Made by a program: the position numbers and the translations under genes. Positions 49,393 through 58,743 of a stretch of 64,000 nt of DNA are shown in pieces. Source of the stretch: Dehalococcoidia bacterium (lineage in GTDB: Bacteria > Chloroflexota > Dehalococcoidia > UBA2979); NCBI GenBank assembly GCA_963667465.2, contig CAXXDN010000002.1, positions 480,001 through 544,000 of the forward strand. The letters run 5' to 3'. Position 1 is the stretch's first letter, and each line of letters opens with the position of its first letter. The notes beneath the pieces were generated by a model, which saw only the letters and a program-made list of their open reading frames with translations, did not search any database and was not told the origin of the DNA.

Positions 49393-50343
49393 TCAGCGCG
49401 GTCCCCGCCGGGGGAGCAAGTTGTTGGACGCATCGGCATCGTTGATCGCGTCGGTCGAGATGATCACCTGCACGGACTCCAGCGGCGCCGCCGTGATTGC
49501 CGGGAACTCGAACGCCTGCGTCGCGCCCCGTTCGACATCGAGCTCGCGCGTCTCGCGCAGCAAGAGCTCGTCCTCGGCCGAGAACTCCCGGATCGCAATC
49601 GTAACCTCGCCGGTCAGCGGAATCGGGCTGCGGTTGCGGATGGTTGCGATCAGGTGGGGGCCGCTGCCCCCGTAGGTGATGTCGATGACCGCGAGGTCGT
49701 TGGGCACGTCCGGCGTGACTACCCCGACGAAGATGTTGTTCCCGGCGTTGCGCTCGACGATTGAGGCGGTAGGCCGCACGGTCACCACCACCTGCCCCCG
49801 GCGCTGCACGTACTCGCCCTCGATCGGGTACTGGAGGAAGTCGCCCGGCCGGAGCGCCTTGCCGGTGTCGATCGGGTGTGGAGGGCCGCCGTCGATGCTG
49901 ACCTCGACCACGCCGTCGGCGTCGGCGTTGCCCGCGTTGGCGACGACGACGAAGAGCTGGTTGAGGCGCGAGAACACCTCCCGCACGACGAGGTCCGGGT
50001 AGTCCGTTCGCGACGGATCGGGCGTGGGGCGCGCCTCTTGCGAGGGCGTCGGCGTGGGCGAGGTCGCCGGAGAGGCTGTCGCCGCGGGAGTCTCCGTCGC
50101 AGGTGGCGCAGGGGACAGCGATTCGGTAGCGGGACTCGCGCTCGTGTCGGGGCTCGGGCTCACGCTCGGCGTCGCCGTCGCGACTGCGGCGGGGCTCGCC
50201 ACGGGCGGGACGGGGTCCTCGGCGGAGGGGCTGCCGAAGAACAGGAGCGCCCCGCCGGCAGTGACTGCTGCGGTCACGGCCAGCACCAGGGGCGGCGCGA
50301 GCCAGCGCCAGCGGCTGGAGCCTCCCTCGGGAGTGCCCCGCAC
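49393..50343 (-). CDS. Membrane-anchored protein with P/T/S linker and CARDB-like Ig domains
   Basis: N-terminal TM, PT-rich linker, PDLVV..VANAG...ERNAGNN and NDLAVIDI..IRN...NDADASNN. Confidence 0.7.
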   Translation of the reverse strand: MRGTPEGGSSRWRWLAPPLVLAVTAAVTAGGALLFFGSPSAEDPVPPVASPAAVATATPSVSPSPDTSASPATESLSPAPPATETPAATASPATSPTPTPSQEARPTPDPSRTDYPDLVVREVFSRLNQLFVVVANAGNADADGVVEVSIDGGPPHPIDTGKALRPGDFLQYPIEGEYVQRRGQVVVTVRPTASIVERNAGNNIFVGVVTPDVPNDLAVIDITYGGSGPHLIATIRNRSPIPLTGEVTIAIREFSAEDELLLRETRELDVERGATQAFEFPAITAAPLESVQVIISTDAINDADASNNLLPRRGPR

Positions 50344-50665
50344 GATCAGGTCCGCGCGCCCGGGCGGGCGCGTTCACGGCTGTGCGGTGTCTCGATGACT
50401 GCGCCGCTGCTGTGCACGATCCCGTTCCAGCGCCGGCGGCTCATCGGCAGGCGCGTCGTTCCGGTTCGCCCTCGGTGAACGTCCGATTCGGCCGGGCGAG
50501 GGTCGTCCCTCACCGATCCGGGCCGTGGCGGGGACAGTGTATCAAGGCGAAAGCATCATCCCGCGGCGCCAATCCCGGCCGCAGTCAGAGCGAGGAGTCG
50601 TTTCCGCTGCGGGGCCGCTCGCGGTACGCTGGGTGCGACGTGGGGGGCCGGCGAGGAGCGCGGCC

Positions 50666-52513
50666 ATGTGCGGAATCATCGGCTACAGCGGCGAGCGGCC
50701 CGCGGGGCCCATCCTCCTCGAAGGACTGGGCCGGCTCGAGTACCGCGGCTATGACTCCGCCGGTATCGCGCTCTTTGACGAGCAACACCGCCTCTACTGC
50801 GCCCGCGCCACCGGCAAGCTCGAGCGGCTGACAAACCGCATCGAGGGCGTCCTGCCCCCGGCCGTCGCGGGCATCGGACACACCCGCTGGGCCACGCACG
50901 GGAGGCCCTCCGAGGCCAACGCGCACCCGCACCTCGATCCCTCGGGCCGCGTCGCCGTCGTGCACAACGGCATCATCGAGAACTTCGCCGCGCTGCGGGA
51001 GCGCTTCACCGAGCGCGGCGCCCACTTCGCCTCCGAGACCGACACCGAGGTGCTCGCGCACCTCGTCGCCGATGCACTGGGCAAGGGGGCCGATCTCGCC
51101 GAGGCGCTGCGGGTCACGCTCGCGGAGACCGAGGGCGCGTACTCGGTCGTCGTGATCGCCACGGACGATCCCGGGCGGCTGGTGGCGGCGCGGGCTGGCA
51201 ACGCAGGCGGCCTGGTGATCGGCCACGGCGAAGGCGAGCAGTTCGTCGCCTCGGACCTCGCCGCGCTGCTCCCGTACTCGCGGCGCGTTACCTTCCTCAA
51301 CCCCGGCGAGATCGCAGACATTCGCCGCGAGGGCGTCACGCTGACCGATGCGGACGGCGCAGCCGTCGAGCGCGCGCCGCAGCTCCAGCCGTACGACCCG
51401 GTCGCGGCGGTCAAGGGGCGCTACCGCCACTTCATGCTGAAGGAGATCCACGAGCAGCCCGATGTCGCCCTCGACACGATGCGAGGGCGCTACCTGCAGG
51501 ATCCGCCCCGCGTCGAGTTGGACGACGGATCGCCGATCGCGGCCGCCCGGGCCCAGGAACTGCAGCGCGCGGTGCTGGTGGGCATGGGCACCTCCCAATA
51601 CGCCGCGATGGTCGGGCGGCACTACATCGAGCGTTTCGCGCGGCTGCCCGCCGAGGTCGACAACGCCTCCGAGTTCGGCTACCGCCGGCCGGTGTTGGAC
51701 CCGCGCACGCTCGTCGTCTCCGTCGCGCAGTCGGGCGAGACGGTGGACACGCTGCTGGCGATGGAGGAGGCGCGCCGCGATGGCTGTCCGCAGCTCACGG
51801 TCTGCAACACGCCGGGATCGCAGGCGACGCGCATCGCCGACGGCGTGATCTACACGCGCGCCGGCCCGGAGATCGCGGTCGCCAGCACGAAGACAATGAC
51901 CGCCTCCGTGATCGCGCTGCACGCTATGGCGCTGCACCTCGGACGGCTGCGCGGCGCGCTCGATCCGGCCCTCGAACGAGCCGAGATCGAGGCGGCGCTG
52001 CGGCTGCCGGCGGTGCTGGGTGAGGCGCTGCTGCTCGAGGAGCGCATGGCCGCGGTCGCGCGCCGCTACGCACAGTTCGAGGACTTCCTGTTCCTCGGCC
52101 GCGGGCTCTCCTACCCGGTGGCGCTCGAGGGCGCGCTGAAGCTCAAGGAGGTCTCCTACATCCATGCCGAGGGCTACGCGGCCGGCGAGATGAAGCACGG
52201 GCCGATCGCGCTGATCGACGAGCGGCTCGCCACCGTCGCGATCGCCACGCGCGACGAGGTGCGCGACAAGATGCGCTCGAATGTCGAACAGGTGAAGGCG
52301 CGCCGAGGCCCCGTGATCGCCCTCGTCAGCGAGGGCGACGACAGCCTCGACGGCCTCGCTGACGAGGTGATCGCCGTCCCCGCCTTCGAGGGCGCGCTCG
52401 CGCCCGTCGTGGCCCTCGTGCCGCTGCAGTTGCTCGCCTACCACATCGCGCTGGAGCGGGGCGCGGACATCGATCAGCCGCGCAACCTCGCCAAGACCGT
52501 CACTGTCGAGTAG
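50666..52513 (+). CDS. glmS: Glutamine--fructose-6-phosphate transaminase (isomerizing)
   Basis: MCGIIG, LEYRGYDSAG, GHTRWATHG, HNGIIEN, EGALKLKE, PRNLAKTVTVE. Confidence 0.98.
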   Translation: MCGIIGYSGERPAGPILLEGLGRLEYRGYDSAGIALFDEQHRLYCARATGKLERLTNRIEGVLPPAVAGIGHTRWATHGRPSEANAHPHLDPSGRVAVVHNGIIENFAALRERFTERGAHFASETDTEVLAHLVADALGKGADLAEALRVTLAETEGAYSVVVIATDDPGRLVAARAGNAGGLVIGHGEGEQFVASDLAALLPYSRRVTFLNPGEIADIRREGVTLTDADGAAVERAPQLQPYDPVAAVKGRYRHFMLKEIHEQPDVALDTMRGRYLQDPPRVELDDGSPIAAARAQELQRAVLVGMGTSQYAAMVGRHYIERFARLPAEVDNASEFGYRRPVLDPRTLVVSVAQSGETVDTLLAMEEARRDGCPQLTVCNTPGSQATRIADGVIYTRAGPEIAVASTKTMTASVIALHAMALHLGRLRGALDPALERAEIEAALRLPAVLGEALLLEERMAAVARRYAQFEDFLFLGRGLSYPVALEGALKLKEVSYIHAEGYAAGEMKHGPIALIDERLATVAIATRDEVRDKMRSNVEQVKARRGPVIALVSEGDDSLDGLADEVIAVPAFEGALAPVVALVPLQLLAYHIALERGADIDQPRNLAKTVTVE

Positions 52514-52606
52514 CGGCCCGTCGCGGGCTGCGGGATGCTCGGGCCGGATTGGCCGGGCAGCTGGCCCGCGAGCCACACTGCTGACCGAACGGCAGGGACG
52601 TTCTTC

Positions 52607-54202
52607 GTGACTGGTCCCGAACTGACGCTTGCCAACTGGCTGCTGGCCGCTGCGCCGGTCGTCCTGCTGGTGGTGACGATTCTCGCCCTCGACTGGAGCG
52701 CGCCACGGGCGGGGGCGGCGGCCTGGGTGCTGGCGTTGGCGCTCGGCCTCGCGGTCTTTGGCGCGGCGCGGGACCACGTGGCGATCGCCAGCGCGAAGGG
52801 CCTCAGCCTCGCGCTGTTCGTGCTCACGATCGTCTGGGCCTCGGTCTACATGTTCAACCTGGTCGACAGGCTGAAGGGCATCGACGCGATCGGGCGTGCG
52901 CTGGCGCGGCTGGCCGACGACCGGCTCACGCAGGCGCTGCTGATCGGCTGGGGCTTCTCGAGCTTCATCCAGGGCATCACCGGCTTCGGCGTGCCGATCG
53001 CCGTGGCCGCGCCGCTGCTGATCATGCTCGGCTTCTCGCCCGCGCGGGCCGCGGGCATGGCTCTCGTCGGCCACGGCTGGGCCGTCACCTTCGGCTCGAT
53101 GGGCTCGTCCTACTACACGATCCAGCTCGTCACCGGCATCGAGGGCGACGTGATCGCGCCGCACATGGCGCTGCTGTTCGCGCCCGTGATCCTCGTGAGC
53201 GGCGCGCTCGTCGCCCACATCCAGGGCGGACTCTACGCGGTCCGGCGCAGCCTGCCGATCGTGATCGTCGCCGGAGTGGTCATGGCGGCGGGGATGTACC
53301 TGCTCGCCCTCGCGGGCGCGCCGCAGATCGCCTCGAGCGTGCCTGCTGTCCTCGGGATGGTCGCGATCGCCCTCGTTGCCCGAACCCCGCTCTTCCGAGG
53401 CGAGCCCGGCACTCCCGAGGCGCCCCCGGAGCCGGACGGTGACAGTGGCGAGGGAATGCCGTTCTGGCTCGCGTTCATGCCCTACCTGCTGCTGATCACG
53501 CTCAGCGTCATCTCGCAGATCGGGCCGATCAAGGAGGCCGTCTCTGGTCTCCGCTGGGCGCTCGACTACCCGGGCTTCGTGACCGCCGAGGGCTTCGCCG
53601 TCCCCGCCGTCGACGACTACGCGCCGATCCGGCTGCTCAACCACCCGGCGCCGCTGATCGCCCTCTCCGTGGCAGTCAGTGCGGGTCTCTACGTCCTCGC
53701 CGGACGCTGGCGGCGTGGCGTCGCCTGGGAGGCGGCGACGCTCACCTACTCGCAGTGCCTCGGCACCACCATCGGCGTCGCGACGATGGTGATGATGGCC
53801 GTCGTCATGGCCGACTCCGGTATGACGGTGCTGCTGGCGAGGGGCATCGCCGACGCCTCGGGGCCGGTCTTCCCGCTCGTCTCGCCCTTTGTCGGCCTGC
53901 TCGGCTCGTTCATGAGCGGCAGCAACACGAACTCCAACGTGATGTTCGGTCTGCTCCAGCTGGAGACCGCGAGGGCGCTCGACATCGGCGGCGTGACGAT
54001 CTCGAGCATCCAGTCGATCGGCGCCTCGGTCGGCAGTCCGATGGCGCCGGCGAAGGTGCTTGTCGGCGCCGCCGTCGTCGGCCTCGCGGGCCGCGAGCGC
54101 GAGATCTTCCGGCTCGTGATCCCCTATATCCTGCTGCTCGTGCTGATCGTGGGCATCGAGGCGATCATCGTCATCGAACTGCTGCCGGGACTGTCGAGGT
54201 AG
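52607..54202 (+). CDS. L-lactate permease family transporter
   Basis: GITGFGVPIAVAAPLL, AVTFGSMG, GSFMSGSNTNSNVMFG; many TM segments. Confidence 0.9.
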   Translation: MTGPELTLANWLLAAAPVVLLVVTILALDWSAPRAGAAAWVLALALGLAVFGAARDHVAIASAKGLSLALFVLTIVWASVYMFNLVDRLKGIDAIGRALARLADDRLTQALLIGWGFSSFIQGITGFGVPIAVAAPLLIMLGFSPARAAGMALVGHGWAVTFGSMGSSYYTIQLVTGIEGDVIAPHMALLFAPVILVSGALVAHIQGGLYAVRRSLPIVIVAGVVMAAGMYLLALAGAPQIASSVPAVLGMVAIALVARTPLFRGEPGTPEAPPEPDGDSGEGMPFWLAFMPYLLLITLSVISQIGPIKEAVSGLRWALDYPGFVTAEGFAVPAVDDYAPIRLLNHPAPLIALSVAVSAGLYVLAGRWRRGVAWEAATLTYSQCLGTTIGVATMVMMAVVMADSGMTVLLARGIADASGPVFPLVSPFVGLLGSFMSGSNTNSNVMFGLLQLETARALDIGGVTISSIQSIGASVGSPMAPAKVLVGAAVVGLAGREREIFRLVIPYILLLVLIVGIEAIIVIELLPGLSR

Positions 54203-54204
54203 CC

Positions 54205-54375
54205 GTGCTGCCAGACGCCACGAAGCAGAAGCTGCGGCACGTCGTCCTCCTCGGGACGATCGTCAGCTTCCCGCTGCTCTACCTGGGGCCCGTGACGCTG
54301 GAGAGCGCGGTCGTGACGGTCGCCGGCCTCGCCGTCGCTGCTGCGACGGCCATCCTCGCCTGGCTGGCGTTCTGA
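54205..54375 (+). CDS. Small two-TM membrane protein (56 aa)
   Basis: GTG 2 nt after the permease stop, preceded by GAGG; MLPDATKQKLRHVVLLGTIVSFPLLYLG...AWLAF. Confidence 0.6.
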   Translation: MLPDATKQKLRHVVLLGTIVSFPLLYLGPVTLESAVVTVAGLAVAAATAILAWLAF

Positions 54376-54391
54376 GGCGGTGGCGTACGCG

Positions 54392-57106
54392 CTACTCCCC
54401 CGCGACCGCGGCCTGGGCCGCCGCGAGTCGGGCGATCGGGACGCGGTAGGGGGAGCAGGAGACGTAGTCGAGGCCCGCGCGGTGGAAGAAGCCGACCGAG
54501 GCCGGGTCGCCGCCGTGCTCGCCGCAGATGCCGAGCTTCAGGCCGGGCTTCGCCCCGCGCCCTCGCTCCGCCGCGATGCGCACGAGGCCGCCGACGCCCT
54601 CGGTGTCGATCTGGACGAAGGGGTCGACCGACAGCACCTGCGTGTCGATGTAGTCCGACAGGAAGCGCCCCGCGTCGTCGCGCGAGAGCCCGAACGTCGT
54701 CTGCGTGAGGTCGTTCGTGCCGAACGAGAAGAAGTCCGCGTGCCCGGCGATGCGGTCCGCCACGATGCAGGCGCGCGGCAGCTCGATCATCGTGCCGATC
54801 AGGTAGTCCGGGCGCAGCCCGCGCTCGTCGATCACCGCCTCGGCGACGGCGGTGACCTGCTCGCGCAGCCGCCGCAGCTCCTCCTCGATGCCGACGAGCG
54901 GGATCATGATCTCCGGCAGCACCGCGACGCCCTCGGCCGTCAGCGCGCAGGCCGCCTCGAGGATGGCGCGGGTCTGCACCTCGTAGATCTCGGGGAAGCT
55001 GATCGCCAGCCGCACGCCGCGGTGGCCGAGCATCGGGTTGAACTCGTGCAGCGCGTCGAGGCGGCGGCGAATCTCGGCGCCGTCGATGCCGAGCGCGTTC
55101 GCGACCTCGGCGATCTCGGCCTCGCCCTGCGGCAGGAACTCGTGCAGCGGCGGGTCGAGCAGGCGGATCGTGACCGGGAACCCGGCCATCGCACGCAGGA
55201 TGCCGGCGAAGTCCTCGCGCTGCATCGGGAGGATCTGGTCGAGCGCCTCGCGGCGCCCCGCCTCGTCGGCCGCGAGGATCATGCGGCGCACGGCGAGGAT
55301 GCGGTCCTCGCCGAAGAACATGTGCTCCGTGCGGCAGAGGCCGATGCCCTCCGCGCCGAAGGCGCGCGCCCCCGCGGCGTCCTCGGGGGTGTCGGCGTTG
55401 GCGCGCACGCCGAGCTGGCGCCGGCTGTCCGCCCAGCCCATCAGCCGCCGGTACTCGTCGGGCAGCGAGGGCTCGACGAGCGGTACCGCGCCGAGCAGCA
55501 CCTCGCCGCTCGTCCCGTCGATCGAGATCGTGTCGCCGAGGTTCACGGTGTGGGTGACGCCTCCGGGCGTCTCGACGCTGAAGCGCTCGCGCGCGTAGTC
55601 GATCGCCAGCGCGCCGCAGCCGGCGACGCAGCACTTGCCCATGCCGCGCGCGACGACCGCCGCGTGCGAGGTCGCGCCGCCGCGGGCGGTGAGGATGCCC
55701 TGCGCCACCTGCATGCCCGCGAGGTCCTCGGGGCTGGTCTCGACGCGCACGAGCACGACCTGTTCGCCGCGGCCGGCCCATTCGGCGGCCTGCTCCGCGG
55801 AGAAGACGACGCGCCCGACGGCCGCGCCCGGCGAGGCGCCGAGGCCGGTCGCGATCACCAGCCGCTCGGCGGCGGGGTCGAAGGTGGGGTGCAGCAGCTC
55901 GTCGAGCTTCTCGGCTTCCTGGCGCGCGATCGCCTCGTCGAGGTCGATCAGCCCCTCGTCGACGAGGTCGACGGCGATCTTGACCATCGCCTGGCCGGTG
56001 CGCTTGCCGGAGCGTGTCTGGAGCACCCAGAGCCGCCCTTGCTGGACGGTGAACTCGATGTCCTGCATGTCGCTGAAGTGGCGCTCGAGGCGCTCGCACG
56101 CCTCGGCCAGCTCGCGCTGCGCGTCGGGCATCAGTTCCTCGAGGGAGTCGCCCGCGCCTGAGGCGAGCAGCGGTTGCGGGGTGCGGATGCCGGCGACGAC
56201 GTCCTCGCCCTGGGCGTTGATCAGGTACTCGCCGCTGAGCCGCCGCTCGCCGGTGGCGGGGTCGCGCGTGAAGACGACGCCGGTTGCGCAGTCCTCGCCG
56301 AGGTTGCCGAAGACCATCGCCTGCACGGTGACTGCCGTGCCCCAGTCCGAGGGGTATCCGTAGAGCTCGCGGTAGACGACGGCGCGCGGGTTCTCCCAGG
56401 AGTTGAAGACCGCCCCGATTGCGCCCCAGAGCTGCTCCCATGGGTCGTCGGGGAAGGCGAGGCCGGTGTGCGAGGCGATGACCGCCTTGAACTCGGCGAC
56501 CAGCTCGCGCAGCGCTGCCGCGTTCAGGTCGGTGTCGAGCTCTACGCCGCGCGCGTGCTTCTTGCGCTCGATCAGCGCCTCGAACGGGTCCTCTGCGGTG
56601 TCCGACTCAGCGCGCACGCCGAGCACGACGTCGCCGTACATCTGCACGAAGCGGCGGTAGGAGTCGTAGGCGAAGCGCGGGCTGCCCGAGCGCCGCGCGA
56701 GGCCCTCGGCGGTTTCGTCGTTGAGCCCGAGGTTGAGGACGGTGTCCATCATCCCCGGCATCGAGACGCGCGCGCCGGAGCGCACGGAGACGAGCAGCGG
56801 GTTGTGAGCGTCGCCGAAGCCCGCGCCGACGAGGCCGCCGACCTGTTCGACGGACTCGCGCACGGCGTCCTCGAGGCCGTCGGGGTAGCGGCGGCCGAGG
56901 GCGTAGAAGGCGTTGCAGACCTCGGTGGTGATGGTGAAGCCCGGTGGGACGGGGATGCCGAGGCTGCTCATCTCGGCGAGGCCGGCCCCCTTGCCGCCGA
57001 GCAGGTTGCGCATCGAGGCGTCGCCGTCGGCGTTGCCGGCGCCGAAGCGATAGACCGGCGGGAGGGTGGTAGCCGCGGTCGTGCCTTCGGGCGCGGTGGT
57101 GGTCAT
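54392..57106 (-). CDS. ppdK: Pyruvate, phosphate dikinase
   Basis: LLGGKGAGLAEM, SMPGMMDTVLN, GGATSHAAVVAR, GIGLCRTEHMF, SFGTNDLTQ, GICGEHGG. Confidence 0.98.
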   Translation of the reverse strand: MTTTAPEGTTAATTLPPVYRFGAGNADGDASMRNLLGGKGAGLAEMSSLGIPVPPGFTITTEVCNAFYALGRRYPDGLEDAVRESVEQVGGLVGAGFGDAHNPLLVSVRSGARVSMPGMMDTVLNLGLNDETAEGLARRSGSPRFAYDSYRRFVQMYGDVVLGVRAESDTAEDPFEALIERKKHARGVELDTDLNAAALRELVAEFKAVIASHTGLAFPDDPWEQLWGAIGAVFNSWENPRAVVYRELYGYPSDWGTAVTVQAMVFGNLGEDCATGVVFTRDPATGERRLSGEYLINAQGEDVVAGIRTPQPLLASGAGDSLEELMPDAQRELAEACERLERHFSDMQDIEFTVQQGRLWVLQTRSGKRTGQAMVKIAVDLVDEGLIDLDEAIARQEAEKLDELLHPTFDPAAERLVIATGLGASPGAAVGRVVFSAEQAAEWAGRGEQVVLVRVETSPEDLAGMQVAQGILTARGGATSHAAVVARGMGKCCVAGCGALAIDYARERFSVETPGGVTHTVNLGDTISIDGTSGEVLLGAVPLVEPSLPDEYRRLMGWADSRRQLGVRANADTPEDAAGARAFGAEGIGLCRTEHMFFGEDRILAVRRMILAADEAGRREALDQILPMQREDFAGILRAMAGFPVTIRLLDPPLHEFLPQGEAEIAEVANALGIDGAEIRRRLDALHEFNPMLGHRGVRLAISFPEIYEVQTRAILEAACALTAEGVAVLPEIMIPLVGIEEELRRLREQVTAVAEAVIDERGLRPDYLIGTMIELPRACIVADRIAGHADFFSFGTNDLTQTTFGLSRDDAGRFLSDYIDTQVLSVDPFVQIDTEGVGGLVRIAAERGRGAKPGLKLGICGEHGGDPASVGFFHRAGLDYVSCSPYRVPIARLAAAQAAVAGE

Positions 57107-57275
57107 GGTGGCCTCTCGCGGGCGCGTCGGCAGCGCGCTCCGTGGGGAATGGCTGATGGGAATGCAAGAGACGCGCGCCGCCACGGGCTCGCGCTGCCCC
57201 CGCACTCTGCACGCAGTATAGGCGGTCCCCGCGCAACGCTCGCCACGAGGCGTAGCCGCTGCCCTCCACGGCCGG

Positions 57276-57311
57276 TTGCGTTGAATTGGGTAGCGTTTAT
57301 AGTGACACTAT
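57276..57311 (+). promoter_or_regulatory. hicAB promoter with overlapping operator palindrome
   Basis: TTGCGT-N16-TATAGT with the ATG 6 nt later; palindrome ATAGTG-A-CACTAT at 57299-57311. Confidence 0.65.
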
Positions 57312-57578
57312 GACGCCTCCACGGCCGCGAGACCTGTCTGCTCTGCGGCTGCGGGTCGGCAGCCTGACCGCGCGAGACTTGATCCGCGAGGCCGAGGCGC
57401 GCGGCTGGGTGGGCGCGGCTGGGTGGAGGTGCGGCGGCGCGGCAAAGGGAGCCATCCGGTCTGGGCGAAACCCGGAGGATCACGGATCGTGATTCCGGCA
57501 AGACCAGCCCGGCCGACCGTGCTGCGCATCCTCGCGATGCTCGACGAGGGGAGCGATCCCGATGACCCACATGGATGA
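57310..57578 (+). pseudogene. hicA: HicA toxin frameshifted by a 14-bp tandem duplication
   Basis: Removing one GCGCGGCTGGGTGG copy restores 84 aa: ...LTARDLIREAEARGWVEVRRRGKGSHPVWAKPGGSRIVIP...TVLRILAML..., with the GSH motif. Confidence 0.85.
57399..57426. repeat. Perfect 14-bp tandem duplication
   Basis: GCGCGGCTGGGTGG at 57399-57412 and 57413-57426. Confidence 0.95.
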
Positions 57579-58014
57579 AGCGAGCGCCATCACGGCCGCG
57601 CGGTTGGGGCCGTACGCGAGAGTCCTCACGCGTGACGAGGACGGCCGCTACGCCGCCGAGGTGCTTGAGTTCCCGGGCTGCTTCTCCAGCGGCGACGACG
57701 CCGAAGAAGCGATGGCGAATCTCGACGAGGCGATCGAAGTCTGGGTCGGGGGGACGCTCGAAGAGGGGGCCGGGGTGCCGCCCCCGATGCTGCACGGTGA
57801 GTTCTCGGGCCGCGTCACGCTGCGTCTGCTGCCCTCCGTCCACGAGCGCGCCTCGATGCTCGCGCGCCGCGAGGGCGTGAGCCTGAACCGCCTGCTCTCG
57901 AACGCGGTTTCGTACTACGTCGGCTATCTCGGCGGTGTGAATGACGCCGCACTGCTGCGCGACGCGCCCCGGCCGGCGTACGTGGCGGAGGAGCCCCCAA
58001 CCTACGAGGCGTAG
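57562..58014 (+). CDS. hicB: HicB antitoxin with C-terminal ribbon-helix-helix
   Basis: YAAEVLEFPGCFSSGDDAEEAMANLDEAI; FSGRVTLRLLPSVH..AREGVSLN. Confidence 0.92.
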   Translation: MTHMDEASAITAARLGPYARVLTRDEDGRYAAEVLEFPGCFSSGDDAEEAMANLDEAIEVWVGGTLEEGAGVPPPMLHGEFSGRVTLRLLPSVHERASMLARREGVSLNRLLSNAVSYYVGYLGGVNDAALLRDAPRPAYVAEEPPTYEA

Positions 58015-58020
58015 CCGCTG

Positions 58021-58743
58021 CTACGGCTTCCCGGCCGTCTCCGTCCCGCGGGCGACGACGATCTCGCCCTCGCTGGCGGAGCCGTAGGCGCCCTGGTAAC
58101 CCTCCGGCAGCAGCGCGGCGATGTGGCGCATCAGCAAGTCCGTCGCCTCCTCGGCCCGGCTGGCGGTCGCGGCGCCGTCGCCGAGCGAGAACGGCTCGCC
58201 GAAGCGCACGCGCACCGTGGGCCGCCCGCGCAACAGCCCACCGAGGATGGCGCGAGGCCCGCTCAGCGCCTCGGTGCCGGTCACGGCGACGGGCACGACG
58301 GGTGCGTCGCCCAGCAGCGCGAGCATCGCGGAGCCGGGCAGGGCGGGCATCAACGCCTGCGTCCGCGATCGCGTGCCCTCGGGGAAAACGAGCACGGCGC
58401 GGCCGGCCACCAGGTGGTTGCGCCCCACGCGCAGCGCGCCCATGTCGGCGGAATGACGCCGCACGGGGAACGCGCCGTAGGCCCAGACCGTCCAGCCGAC
58501 CAGCGGCGTCTCGAACATCTCGCGTTTCGCCATCGTCCGCACCCGCCGCGGCGAGCAGGCGGCGACCAGCACCGGGTCGAAGTTGCTCAGGTGGTTCGCG
58601 ACGATGAGCACGCGGCCATCCGCCGGCACATTCGCGGCGGCGACCACCTCGAGGCGGGCGAAGGTGCGGATCAACCAGTAGATGGCGCTGGTCGCCATCC
58701 AGTAGGCGAAGATCGAGAAGCGACCCCGGACCCAGCCGGTCAC
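58021..58743 (-). CDS. plsC: 1-acyl-sn-glycerol-3-phosphate acyltransferase
   Basis: NHLSNFD, MAKREMF, FPEGTRS, VPVAVTG. Confidence 0.92.
   Translation of the reverse strand: MTGWVRGRFSIFAYWMATSAIYWLIRTFARLEVVAAANVPADGRVLIVANHLSNFDPVLVAACSPRRVRTMAKREMFETPLVGWTVWAYGAFPVRRHSADMGALRVGRNHLVAGRAVLVFPEGTRSRTQALMPALPGSAMLALLGDAPVVPVAVTGTEALSGPRAILGGLLRGRPTVRVRFGEPFSLGDGAATASRAEEATDLLMRHIAALLPEGYQGAYGSASEGEIVVARGTETAGKP

Noticed and set aside
50400-50665. Possible glmS ribozyme upstream of glmS (AGCGCC near 50429, hairpin near 50466-50499)
   Set aside because: The core GACGAGG and downstream consensus are missing, and a -10 box (TACGCT, 50625-50630) implies only a ~30-nt leader. An Rfam RF00234 search would settle it.
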